From positions 1,120,001 to 1,184,000 of the forward strand of contig CBDFLJ010000002.1 of NCBI GenBank assembly GCA_965248835.1: a DNA stretch of 64,000 nucleotides, given 5' to 3'. Position 1 is the stretch's first letter. Every line of letters begins with the position of its first letter. The DNA comes from Alphaproteobacteria bacterium. GTDB taxonomy: Bacteria > Pseudomonadota > Alphaproteobacteria > MPNO01. Below the pieces are notes generated by a model, which ran no database searches, was not told the DNA's origin, and was given only the letters and a program-made list of their open reading frames with translations. Below, piece by piece: positions 1 to 9,361 of the stretch. The position numbers and the translations under genes were made by a program.

Positions 1-56
1 CGGGTCCGCCGCACCCTCAGGCCATTGTCCTGTGGGAACGGTCCGGTCCGGCTTGT

Positions 57-1052
57 TCAGCGGAGCAACGTCCTGGGGACCTCCTCGTAGATCGCGCGCC
101 GGTCGTCTTCGGTGCATTCCAGCGAATCGATCACTTCGATCGTCAGGCGCAGATTTCGCATGCCGTGCTCGTAATCGAACGGATAGTCGGTGGCGAAGGT
201 CGAATGGTGGGCGCCGAAGAAATCGAGGCCGCATTGGCTGGCCGCCTTCGCGCCGAACATCGCGGTATCGCCATAGAACAGCTTGAAGGACTCGACCAGC
301 GAGCGCGACTTGTTGTGCCACAAGGGCTCATCCTCGAACGTGTCGGAGACCATCATGCCGCGCTCCCAGTTGGGCCCTAGCCGGCCCTCGGCGTGCGGGA
401 TGTATGCGCCCCAGTGGTGGGCGACGATCTTGAGGTCGGGCAGGCGCTCGAAGACATCGGAGAAGACGATCCGCGCCATCGCGGCCGAGGTCTCGTAGGG
501 CCAGCCGAGCCCCCACCAGACATCGAACTTGGAGGTCTTCTCGCTGGCGTAATCCGCGAAGTTCGGCCCGCGGATCGGATGCAGCCAGATCGGCCGGTCG
601 AACTGCGCCATGCGCTCGAAGACCGGGTAGAACTCGGGCAGATCGAGCGGCTTGCCGGCAACGTTGGAATAGATCTGGATGCCCGAGGCGGCGCCGTCGC
701 GCACGGTGCGGTCGATCTCGGACAGTGCGGCCGCGGGATTGTTCATCGGCAGCGAGGCGATATAGCCCGGAAAGCGGTCCGGATGCGCGGCCGCGATGGC
801 CGCGATCTCGTCATTGAGCAGACGGGCCAGCGCCGGCGTGTCCTCCGGCCCTGCCCAGTCGTCGATCACCGGGTTCCCCGCCGCCAGGATCTGCTGATAG
901 TCCTCGAACGGCTCGATATGGCGCAGCCGCGCATCGACGTCGTGAATGGTCGGGATCGACCGCAGCACCTTGATCATGAAACCCGGCGCGAAGGCCTCCA
1001 GCCGCTCGATGAACGCCGGCGGCATGATGTGGTTGAACGTGTCGATCTTCAT
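57..1052 (-). CDS. Amidohydrolase_2 family protein (ACMSD/LigW-like metal-dependent decarboxylase/hydrolase)
   Basis: ATG at 1052 after GGAGGG; N-terminal KIDTFNH, WLHP, AHHWG and FATDYPF motifs. Confidence 0.85.
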   Translation of the reverse strand: MKIDTFNHIMPPAFIERLEAFAPGFMIKVLRSIPTIHDVDARLRHIEPFEDYQQILAAGNPVIDDWAGPEDTPALARLLNDEIAAIAAAHPDRFPGYIASLPMNNPAAALSEIDRTVRDGAASGIQIYSNVAGKPLDLPEFYPVFERMAQFDRPIWLHPIRGPNFADYASEKTSKFDVWWGLGWPYETSAAMARIVFSDVFERLPDLKIVAHHWGAYIPHAEGRLGPNWERGMMVSDTFEDEPLWHNKSRSLVESFKLFYGDTAMFGAKAASQCGLDFFGAHHSTFATDYPFDYEHGMRNLRLTIEVIDSLECTEDDRRAIYEEVPRTLLR

Positions 1053-1141
1053 GGCCCGTTCCCTCCGGGTGAGTTGCGGTCCGCGACAAAGCCCGATACT
1101 ACCCTTTCCGGGCGCGCAGGACGCCCCGGGCGGGGAGACGA

Positions 1142-1984
1142 ATGAACAAGGCGAAATCAGGGAGTGGGCACAAGTCCGCACCGCATGCCAGAAGCAAGGA
1201 GACGCTCAGGATTCAAGGCGCCAGGATCGAAGTCGAGCGGTGCGGCAAGGGCGCGCCGCTGGTGCTGCTGCAGTCCGAGGAGACGTACGAGACGGGCCTG
1301 CCGCTGATCGAGCGCCTGGCCGAACGCTTCGAGGTCATCCTGCCGTGGGCCCCGGGTTACGGCCGCTCGAGCCTGCCCGAGACGATCACCGGCATCGACG
1401 ACATCGCCTACATCTATCTCGACCTGATGGACCGTTACGATCTGCACCGCGCGATCCTGATGGGCTTCTCGGTCGGCGGTTGGATCGCTGCCGAGATGGC
1501 GACCAAGTCCTGCGCCAGGCTGGAGTCCGTCGTCCTGGTGAGCCCTCTGGGCGCGAAGTTCGGCGGCGCGTATGACCGTGACATTGCCGACATCTACTTC
1601 CTGCCCTTCGCGACGGTGAAGGCGCTCAAGTTCGCCGACCCCTCCAAGGACCCGCTGGGCGACTTGATGGGGCTGTCCGACAGGGCGGCGATGCGGGTGG
1701 CCAAGCACCGCGAGACCACGGCACGGCTCTGCTGGGAGCCCTATTTCCACAACCCGGCGCTCAAGAACCGGCTGCATCGCATCCAGGCGAAGACGCTGGT
1801 CGTCTGGGGTGCCGATGACGGGTTGGTGAGCGCCGGATACGGTCGATCCTATGCCAAGCGCATCCCCCGCGCGCGGTTTGTCAGCCTGCGCAATGCCGGC
1901 CATTATCCCCATATCGAACGGCCCGAGGCGTTCATGGCCACCCTCGAAGCCTTCCTCGGCGTTAGCGCGGCGGCGCGCGATTAG
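1142..1984 (+). CDS. Alpha/beta fold hydrolase
   Basis: PGYGRS, GFSVGG nucleophile elbow, WGADD, AGHYPHIE; GGAG RBS. Confidence 0.85.
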   Translation: MNKAKSGSGHKSAPHARSKETLRIQGARIEVERCGKGAPLVLLQSEETYETGLPLIERLAERFEVILPWAPGYGRSSLPETITGIDDIAYIYLDLMDRYDLHRAILMGFSVGGWIAAEMATKSCARLESVVLVSPLGAKFGGAYDRDIADIYFLPFATVKALKFADPSKDPLGDLMGLSDRAAMRVAKHRETTARLCWEPYFHNPALKNRLHRIQAKTLVVWGADDGLVSAGYGRSYAKRIPRARFVSLRNAGHYPHIERPEAFMATLEAFLGVSAAARD

Positions 1985-1998
1985 GAGTCCGAAGCCCG

Positions 1999-3219
1999 AT
2001 GGAGCTTTATCACTTCACCGAATTTCCCTGGCCGCATTTGCCGCCCGACGACGCGTTCACCTCGATGCGGCTGAGCCTGCCGAGCCGGTACTACGATCCC
2101 AAGATCGGCGCGGACCTCTACAACATGTACCTCGACCAATACATGCTGGCCGACGAGCTCGGCATCAACTGCATGATCAACGAGCACCACCAGACCGCGA
2201 CCTGCCTGAACTCTTCCGGCCCGGTCGCACTTGCGATCCTGGCACGCCAGACCCGGAACGCACGGCTGTGCATCCTCGGCAACCCGGCGGCCAACCTGGC
2301 CGATCCGATCCGCTGCGCCGAGGAGATGGCGATGATCGACAACATCTCGCACGGCCGGCTCGAGTGCGGCTTCGTGCGCGGTGTGCCCTACGAGCTGTTC
2401 GCCTCCAACGCCAACCCGACCGAGACCAAGGAACGGCTTTGGGAATCGATCGATCTGATCATCCGCGCCTGGACCAGCCACGACGGGCCGTTCAACTACG
2501 AAGGGCGCTGGATCCACAAGCGCCAGGTCAATGTCTGGCCCAGGCCCTATCAGCAGCCCCATCCGCCGATCTGGACCACCGGCGGCAGCGATGTCGAGCA
2601 CGGCTTCAAGACGGTCTCACGCGGGTTCACGTTTGCGATGTTCCTGACCCCGGTCGATGTCCTGGCCAAGATGTTTCAGGGCGTGCGCGCGCGTTGCCGC
2701 GCCGAAGGCCATGTCGATCCCGCCGACGACCAGTTCGCCTTCATGCCGCTGGTTGCCGTCGGCGAGACCGAGGAGGAGGCGCGCAAGGTGATCGACGGCG
2801 TCTTCTGGTACGTCACCCACAACAAGTCCGAGCCGCAGTTCCGCGCCCCGCCGGGCTACGTCCAGCGCCGCCTCTACGCCAACTTCCTGACCGGCAAGTT
2901 CTCGGGCGGACGTACCGATGCGATCCGCAAACTGGGCATGGAGTATTTCCGCGACAACCACGTCGCGCTCTACGGTACGCCGGACCAGGTCGTCGACCAG
3001 ATCCGCGCGCTCTACGACAAGGTCGGCGGCTTCGGCCACCTGATCGCCATGTTGCACGCCGGCGACATGGACTATGCGACCACCGCTCGGTCGATGACCC
3101 TGTTCGCCGAGGAGGTCATGCCGCGGGTCCGCGATCTCGGCAGCAGGAGCACCGGTTTCGGCCCGCTCGCCAAGCGCGGCGAGGAGATCAACGGCAACGT
3201 GCGCTCTTGCGCGGCCTGA
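1999..3219 (+). CDS. LLM-class (luciferase-like) flavin-dependent monooxygenase
   Basis: NEHHQT, DNISHGRLECGFVRG, PRPYQQPHPPIW, LFAEEVMP; AGGAG RBS. Confidence 0.9.
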   Translation: MELYHFTEFPWPHLPPDDAFTSMRLSLPSRYYDPKIGADLYNMYLDQYMLADELGINCMINEHHQTATCLNSSGPVALAILARQTRNARLCILGNPAANLADPIRCAEEMAMIDNISHGRLECGFVRGVPYELFASNANPTETKERLWESIDLIIRAWTSHDGPFNYEGRWIHKRQVNVWPRPYQQPHPPIWTTGGSDVEHGFKTVSRGFTFAMFLTPVDVLAKMFQGVRARCRAEGHVDPADDQFAFMPLVAVGETEEEARKVIDGVFWYVTHNKSEPQFRAPPGYVQRRLYANFLTGKFSGGRTDAIRKLGMEYFRDNHVALYGTPDQVVDQIRALYDKVGGFGHLIAMLHAGDMDYATTARSMTLFAEEVMPRVRDLGSRSTGFGPLAKRGEEINGNVRSCAA

Positions 3220-3235
3220 GGTGCGGCCGGGCGCG

Positions 3236-4144
3236 ATGAAGCTCGGCGTCGTCTTTCCCCAGACCGAGATCGGCGCGGATCCCGGCGGCGTCGCCGCCTT
3301 CGCACAAGCCGCCGAAGATCTGGGCTACCACCACATCGCGGCCTTCGATCACGTGATCGGCGCCAATCCTGCGAGCCGGCCGGGCTATGCCGGGCTGTAC
3401 AACCACGAGTCGATGTTCCACGAGCCGATGGTGCTGTTCGCTTACCTCGCCGGACTGACCGAGACGATCGCGTTTGCCACCGGGATCCTGATATTGCCGC
3501 AGCGCCAAACCGTGCTGGTGGCCAAGCAGGCCGCTGCGCTCGACGTCTTGTCCGGCGGGCGGCTGCGGCTGGGGATCGGCATCGGCTGGAACCCGGTCGA
3601 ATACGAGGCGCTCGGCGAAAGCTTCGCCGACCGCGGCCGGCGCTGCGAGGAGCAGGTCGCGGTCCTGCGTGCGCTGTGGACCCGGAACCCGATCAGCTTC
3701 GAAGGGCGTTGGCACAGGATCGACGATGCGGGCCTCAACCCGCTGCCGGTCCAGCGTCCGATCCCGATCTGGTTCGGCGGCATGGCCGAGCCGGTGATCG
3801 CCCGCGTCGGGCGTATCGGCGACGGCTGGTACCCGCGCTTCCCGGGCCTCGGTCAGCGCGCCGATTCCTCAGTGATGCCTCACCACAGCGGCGCTCCGGC
3901 CGCGGTCATCGCGCGGATGCATGATCATGCCCGCGCCGCCGGCCGCGATCCCGCCGCCATCGGCATCGAGGGCCGCGTCTTCCACCGTGGCGCCGACCCG
4001 GACGATTGGCGGGCCGAATACGAGACCTGGCGTGCGCTCGGCGCAAGTCACATGCAGGTCTTCGCCATGGGCGCCGGCCTCGAGGGTCCCGACGCCCACA
4101 TTGCCGCGATCCGTGCGATGAAGGCAGCGCTGAACGGCGTCTAG
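3236..4144 (+). CDS. LLM-class oxidoreductase, putatively F420-dependent subfamily
   Basis: MKLGVVFPQTEIG, FDHV, ILPQRQTVLVAKQAAALDVLSGGRLRLGIGIGWN. Confidence 0.8.
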   Translation: MKLGVVFPQTEIGADPGGVAAFAQAAEDLGYHHIAAFDHVIGANPASRPGYAGLYNHESMFHEPMVLFAYLAGLTETIAFATGILILPQRQTVLVAKQAAALDVLSGGRLRLGIGIGWNPVEYEALGESFADRGRRCEEQVAVLRALWTRNPISFEGRWHRIDDAGLNPLPVQRPIPIWFGGMAEPVIARVGRIGDGWYPRFPGLGQRADSSVMPHHSGAPAAVIARMHDHARAAGRDPAAIGIEGRVFHRGADPDDWRAEYETWRALGASHMQVFAMGAGLEGPDAHIAAIRAMKAALNGV

Positions 4145-4155
4145 CCGATCGCGGG

Positions 4156-5850
4156 TCAGTGACTCGCGAACACCTCCTGGTATTGAGCGATTTTGGCGGC
4201 GATGGCGTCGAGCTCGGCCCTGGTCGGGGCGTCCTCGTCCGCCGGCACGGGCAGGCCGCCGAACTTGAGCTGGCAGGCGAGCAGCACCAGCCGCGCCTTG
4301 GTCGCGGTCAGGTTGCCGCCGCCGATGAAATACGCGGTGCCGGCGGTGAAGCCGTCGTTGTTGCCGCGCCCGACCCGGACGACCGGCATGCCGTTGTGGA
4401 TGGCCCGGGTCATCATCCGGTTGCGCACCTGCGAGGTGAGCGTGCCGTAGGGTGACTGGCCCTCCAGCACGAAACCCGCCAGCGGACAATGGCGCAGATT
4501 GTAGTCGATCAGGGCGGTGATATCGGTCTCGGGCTCGGTCGAGAGATCGAGGCTGCGGGCGGAATAGTTGCCGTCCTTGAGGATCGAGACCCTGGGCATC
4601 GCATCGCCCAGAAGCGCGCCGGCAGCGTCCTTGATGCGGACCGTGGTCTGCCGTCGCCTGCCGTCTTCGAGGATCGTGCCGGAAACCTCTTCGGGCAGCA
4701 GGGAACGCTTGACCGCCGAGCGGTAGGTATGCCGGGCATGGGGCAGGTAGGTCAGGACCGGCGGTGCGTCGTGCGGCAGCCCGCCGAGAATCCCGCCGTG
4801 GCCGCCGGTGGTGACGTAGCCGCCCGGCCGGGCATCGCCCTTCTGGACATCGCGCGCGGAAAAGATCTGCTGCTCCTGGATCAGCACCATACCCGCCTTG
4901 TTGCGGCCTTCCTCATCCGCCCAGACGCGCGAGGTGAGGTACTCCACCGAGTCGACCAGATTCTTGGGCCCGTCGTTGCTGATCTCGCCCATGGTACGCT
5001 GCGCGGCGTTGCCGCAGATCGGCAGCGTTGTGTCGAGCAGAAGGTTGAACCAGTACATCGTCTCTTCGATGCGCGGGCTGCCCTGGGTCCAGATCGCGCC
5101 GATATAGGCTCCGCTGTCGAGGATCTCCTGGACCCGGTTGACCATGTGCGCCAGGGCTTGCCGCGCCGGCGATGCGGCGAGGTGGACCGGACGGTAGGGG
5201 AAGAAGTCCCGCCCCAGCATCTCCGGCGGGATGTCACCGGTCCCCACATCGGTCCGTTCGGCCTCCGGCAGGCCCTTGGTGTAGCCGCCCGGGGGAATGA
5301 TCCGGTGGAAGTCGATATCGGCCATCCGTGAGATCAGGCTTCCCTCGCCCAACATGCCGACACCAAGCCGGTCGACATCCTCGAACAGCCGCGCGCCGTC
5401 GGGATAGTACGCCTGGCGGCATTTCTCGGCCGGCGCCCCCGGATGGGCGGCGTCGTCCTCCCAGGCGCTGCCGTCGGCTTGGCGGCTCATATAGGGCAGC
5501 GGATAGACCCCGTCCTCCGGCCGCAACTCGACGTTGTAGACCGGCTTGTCGGTCTCGCTCTGCCGGGTTTCGTGGAAGGTCCCGTCGGCATCGACGTAAC
5601 CGTCCGGCGGGGCGTAGAGCTCGGCCGCGTCACGCTCCAGCGGATGGGCGCTGAACTGCTCGATATAGACCGTCACCGGCGCCGCCAGCCGCTGCGTGCG
5701 CAGCACGTCGAAACGCACCGGCGTGCCGTCGGCATCGGTGATCAGCGGCAGTCCGTGACGAGCACGCGCCTTGTTCGAAGTCACCAGAGGCGGGCTGTTC
5801 TGGATCGTCGCGTTGGGCCCGGTGAGATGGGCGATCTTCGGTTTGGCCAT
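4156..5850 (-). CDS. Asparaginase-domain protein with non-canonical active-site motifs
   Basis: TGPNATI, WTQGSPRIEETMYW, GNAAQR, ARDVQK, GNLTATKARLVL resemble the asparaginase fold; 564 aa. Confidence 0.7.
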   Translation of the reverse strand: MAKPKIAHLTGPNATIQNSPPLVTSNKARARHGLPLITDADGTPVRFDVLRTQRLAAPVTVYIEQFSAHPLERDAAELYAPPDGYVDADGTFHETRQSETDKPVYNVELRPEDGVYPLPYMSRQADGSAWEDDAAHPGAPAEKCRQAYYPDGARLFEDVDRLGVGMLGEGSLISRMADIDFHRIIPPGGYTKGLPEAERTDVGTGDIPPEMLGRDFFPYRPVHLAASPARQALAHMVNRVQEILDSGAYIGAIWTQGSPRIEETMYWFNLLLDTTLPICGNAAQRTMGEISNDGPKNLVDSVEYLTSRVWADEEGRNKAGMVLIQEQQIFSARDVQKGDARPGGYVTTGGHGGILGGLPHDAPPVLTYLPHARHTYRSAVKRSLLPEEVSGTILEDGRRRQTTVRIKDAAGALLGDAMPRVSILKDGNYSARSLDLSTEPETDITALIDYNLRHCPLAGFVLEGQSPYGTLTSQVRNRMMTRAIHNGMPVVRVGRGNNDGFTAGTAYFIGGGNLTATKARLVLLACQLKFGGLPVPADEDAPTRAELDAIAAKIAQYQEVFASH

Positions 5851-5869
5851 TCGATGCGCTCCCCGCCGA

Positions 5870-6448
5870 TCAAGCGTTGACCGGCGGGTCTATGGCGAAG
5901 ACTCCGGCAAAGGCGTCGACGACCTTTTTACCGAAGTCGCGCTCGACCTCCTGGGCGATCGAGCCGGCGATCGAGACGTCGTTGCGGTTCTCGTCCTGGC
6001 CGGTGATGACGGTGAGCTGAACCGCATCGATATCGCCGACATTGCGGAAGCCGCGATAGACCCGCGGCGGGCAGGAGAAAGTGTCGAACTTCTCCAGCGT
6101 CACCTTGTGCTCGACCGGGTCGCCGATGTGGTATTCGATCCGGCCGTCCAGGACCATGAAGGTCTCGAAGGTCGTGTTGTGCGAGTGCAGGCACGGACCC
6201 TGGCCGGGCGGCATGATCGAGATGAACATCGTCGCGCCGGCAGCGCCGAAGATCGGCGCGATGTTGCCGAACGGATTCTTGGTGTCGTCCAGGATCAGCG
6301 GCATGATCTTGCGGGCGAAGAAGACGTCCATCGCCTCCTGGCCGACCCAGCCGAGGTCGCCCTCGGTCGACATCGCCTGGAGATCGGCATAGCGACCGAT
6401 CCGCGAGTCCAGCTCTTCCTTGGTCGGGGTGTAGATCTTGTGCGCCAT
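5870..6448 (-). CDS. Cupin domain protein
   Basis: PGQGPCLHSH..TFETFMVLDG and PPRVYRGFRN cupin motifs; GGAGG RBS. Confidence 0.85.
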   Translation of the reverse strand: MAHKIYTPTKEELDSRIGRYADLQAMSTEGDLGWVGQEAMDVFFARKIMPLILDDTKNPFGNIAPIFGAAGATMFISIMPPGQGPCLHSHNTTFETFMVLDGRIEYHIGDPVEHKVTLEKFDTFSCPPRVYRGFRNVGDIDAVQLTVITGQDENRNDVSIAGSIAQEVERDFGKKVVDAFAGVFAIDPPVNA

Positions 6449-6647
6449 TGCTCCATACCTCCCTGGGCGGCTTGGCCATTTCGATCGATGGCATTATGGA
6501 CGAGCCGAACGCGCCGCGCGAGAGATCGAACACGGCATGAAATCCCCGACCGAAATCAATCCGGACGAATGCCGGGCAGCCGGTTGCCAGGACACGGCTT
6601 GGACCTGTTAAGTTTGTCCGGGTCCACGGTTGGGAAAGCACATCGGC

Positions 6648-7526
6648 ATGCACGATTTCAGTTTTGGCGAGATCAGCCTCACCCGGGTCGTCGAGATGGA
6701 AATGCCGCTTCTGCAGGCACGGGACTTCTTCCCGGACTGGGACGAGGCCGCCGTCGCGCCACATTCCGGATGGATGGTGCCGCGCCACTATCAGCCGGAG
6801 ACCGGGCTGGTGGTGCTGGCGATCCAGGCCTTCCTGATCCGCACGCCGCATCACACGATCCTGATCGATAGCTGCGTCGGCAATCGCAAGCCGCGCAACC
6901 GGGAGTCTTTCAACGATGCCGAATTCCCGTGGATGGACCGGTTTCTTGCGACCGGGGCCCGCCCGGAGGATATCGATTTCGTCCTGTGCACCCATCTGCA
7001 CGTCGATCACGTCGGCTGGAACACCAGGCTCGAAGACGGACGCTGGGTGCCCACTTTCCCCAACGCGCGCTACATCTTTGCCCGCACCGAGCTCGACTTC
7101 TGGCTGGAACAGTCCAGGCAGGGGCTGATGACCCGGACCGGCGATTACGTCGCCGACAGCGTGATCCCGATCCTGGAGGCCAGGCGCGAGCTCCTGGTCG
7201 AGATGGATCACCAGATCGAAGACGGGATCACGCTCGAACCGCTGCCCGGCCACACCCCGGGCCAGGTCGGGCTGCGCATCGCCTCGGGCGGGGTGGAGGC
7301 GCTGCTCTGCGGCGATCTGATGCACCACATGATCCAGTGCCATATCCCCGACTGGAGCACGATCGCGTGCGCCGACCAGGACGCGGCGCGCATGACCCGC
7401 AAGGCGTTCCTCGATCGCTACGCCGAGACCGAGGTGACCATCCTGCCGTCGCATTTCCCGAACCCGACCGCCGGCCACATCATCCCCAAGGGCGAGGCCT
7501 TCGCCTTTCGCTACATCGGGGAATGA
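6648..7526 (+). CDS. Metallo-beta-lactamase fold hydrolase (lactonase-like)
   Basis: THLHVDHVG, PGHTPG, GDLMH, PSHF metal ligands. Confidence 0.9.
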   Translation: MHDFSFGEISLTRVVEMEMPLLQARDFFPDWDEAAVAPHSGWMVPRHYQPETGLVVLAIQAFLIRTPHHTILIDSCVGNRKPRNRESFNDAEFPWMDRFLATGARPEDIDFVLCTHLHVDHVGWNTRLEDGRWVPTFPNARYIFARTELDFWLEQSRQGLMTRTGDYVADSVIPILEARRELLVEMDHQIEDGITLEPLPGHTPGQVGLRIASGGVEALLCGDLMHHMIQCHIPDWSTIACADQDAARMTRKAFLDRYAETEVTILPSHFPNPTAGHIIPKGEAFAFRYIGE

Positions 7527-7532
7527 CGGGTG

Positions 7533-8621
7533 ATGCGGGTCCATGTCGAGGCCTACCCCACTGTTGGACCGCAAGACGTCGAGGGGCTGAAACGGATCCT
7601 GAGCCGCTTGCCGAAGGGCGGCATCAAGCGTCTGGCGCTGGTCGCCAAGACCGAAGGGACCGCAACCATCAACGATTTCTCCCGCGAGCTCGCGATGGGC
7701 GCGGCAATGGATACGATCGGGGCGTTCGGCGGTGAACGTCTGCTGGGGGACTCCACCCTGATCTTCTCCACCGGCTCGGAAGGTGCGCTGAGCCCGGTGG
7801 TCTATGTGCTTGCCGCGATCGAGGATGCCGGCACCGGCGAGGACGAGCGTCTGGTCATCGGCGGCGCGCGGACCCGGGCGATGGCGCCCGAAGAACTCGT
7901 CACCCGCGCCCATACAAACCTGATTGCCGATGCCGTTCGCGAGGCGATGGACGAGGCGGGGCTGGTGCCCGGGCAGGTCGGTCTGGTCTTCGTCAAGAGC
8001 CCGATTCTCGGCCACCGCGATGCGGTCGAGACCGGTGATCCGGCGGTCATCGCGCGGGCCGGCTCCAGCGGGCAGTCGCGCGGCGCTGCGGCGCTCGGGG
8101 TTGCGCTGGCCCTCGGCGAGTTGGACGACGCGGCGATTGCCGAGACCCGGATCGGCATCGATCTCGATCGTCATTCCAGCCGCGCGATGAGTTTCTCGGG
8201 CACCGAGGTCGCGGTCGGCGAAATCCTGGTGCTCGGCAACCGCCCCGGCGTGGGCGGTTCGTCAAAAATCTATTCGCGTCCGATGGCCGACATCCTGGAT
8301 TCGCGCGCGCTCAAGGCGCTGTTCCGCGACGCCGGCTGCGGCTTCGACGAGGCCGGCGAGATCACCGGCCGGGAGCGGCTCCGTGCGGTGTTCCTCAAGG
8401 CCGGGGTTGCCCCCGACGGACGCATTCGCGGCGAACGCACGACGGTCTTCAACAGCGAGCTCGACCCCGACAAGCACATGCGCGCCACCGCGAGCGGGGT
8501 GATCGGCGGCATCCTCGGCACCGGCCGCGTCTTCGTCAGCGGCGGCACCGAGCACCAGGCGCCGCCCGGCGGCGGGCTCTGCGCCTGTATCGCGGCCGCG
8601 GGGGAGGGCGCCGATGGATGA
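7533..8621 (+). CDS. Ring-opening amidohydrolase (cyanuric acid hydrolase/barbiturase family)
   Basis: KTEG, NDFSR, VKSP, SRGAAALGVALALGE and C-terminal SGGTEHQAPPGGG signature. Confidence 0.88.
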   Translation: MRVHVEAYPTVGPQDVEGLKRILSRLPKGGIKRLALVAKTEGTATINDFSRELAMGAAMDTIGAFGGERLLGDSTLIFSTGSEGALSPVVYVLAAIEDAGTGEDERLVIGGARTRAMAPEELVTRAHTNLIADAVREAMDEAGLVPGQVGLVFVKSPILGHRDAVETGDPAVIARAGSSGQSRGAAALGVALALGELDDAAIAETRIGIDLDRHSSRAMSFSGTEVAVGEILVLGNRPGVGGSSKIYSRPMADILDSRALKALFRDAGCGFDEAGEITGRERLRAVFLKAGVAPDGRIRGERTTVFNSELDPDKHMRATASGVIGGILGTGRVFVSGGTEHQAPPGGGLCACIAAAGEGADG

Positions 8622-9357
8622 GCTTCCCGCCATCGGCCCCTATGCCGGGCTCGGCAGGATCGGGCTGATCTGCCCCTCGACCAACACCAGCATCGAGCCC
8701 GAGTTCCAGCTTATGGCACCGCCGGGGCTTGCCATCCACGTCGCGCGCGCCTTCCAGGACGGACCTCAGGCGCCGGCACTCTACGAGCAGATCGCGGCCA
8801 ATGTCGAAGGGGCCAGCCGCGACCTCGGCTCGGCGGGGGTGGACGTGATCGCCTTCGGCTGCACCTCGTGCACCTATTTCTTTCCCGGCGCGGTGCTCGG
8901 CGAAACAATGACCCGGATGACCGGCGCGCCCGCGGTCCTGACCGCCGATGCTGTGGTCGCGGCGCTGCGCGTGCTCGGCGCCCGGCGGATCGCCTTGGCG
9001 ACACCGCGAACCGACTTCGTCAACCGGCAGGAGAGGGAATGGCTCGCCGAGCGCGGCTTCGAGGTCGTCTCCGCCGAAGGGCTGCAACTCGGCAAGACCG
9101 CCGCCGAACGAGCCGGCATCGGCCGGGTGCCGCTCAATGCGACCTACGATCTCGCGCGCCGGGTCGACCGGGAGGGCGTCGAGGCGGTGTTCATAAGCTG
9201 CACCAACCTGCCCTCGCTCGCGCTGATCCCGCTTCTGGAGGACGATCTCGGCAAGCCGGTTGTCACCAGCAACCAGGCGACCTTCTGGCAGTGTCTGCGA
9301 GCGATGGGATCGACGCTCAGGCTCCCAGCGCATGGAAAGCTGCTTTGCGAACACTGA
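8614..9357 (+). CDS. Maleate isomerase/arylmalonate decarboxylase-like protein (Asp/Glu racemase superfamily)
   Basis: GLICPSTN, FGCTS and ISCTN paired catalytic cysteines, GKPVVTSNQA; overlaps upstream stop. Confidence 0.85.
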   Translation: MDELPAIGPYAGLGRIGLICPSTNTSIEPEFQLMAPPGLAIHVARAFQDGPQAPALYEQIAANVEGASRDLGSAGVDVIAFGCTSCTYFFPGAVLGETMTRMTGAPAVLTADAVVAALRVLGARRIALATPRTDFVNRQEREWLAERGFEVVSAEGLQLGKTAAERAGIGRVPLNATYDLARRVDREGVEAVFISCTNLPSLALIPLLEDDLGKPVVTSNQATFWQCLRAMGSTLRLPAHGKLLCEH

Positions 9358-9361
9358 GCCC

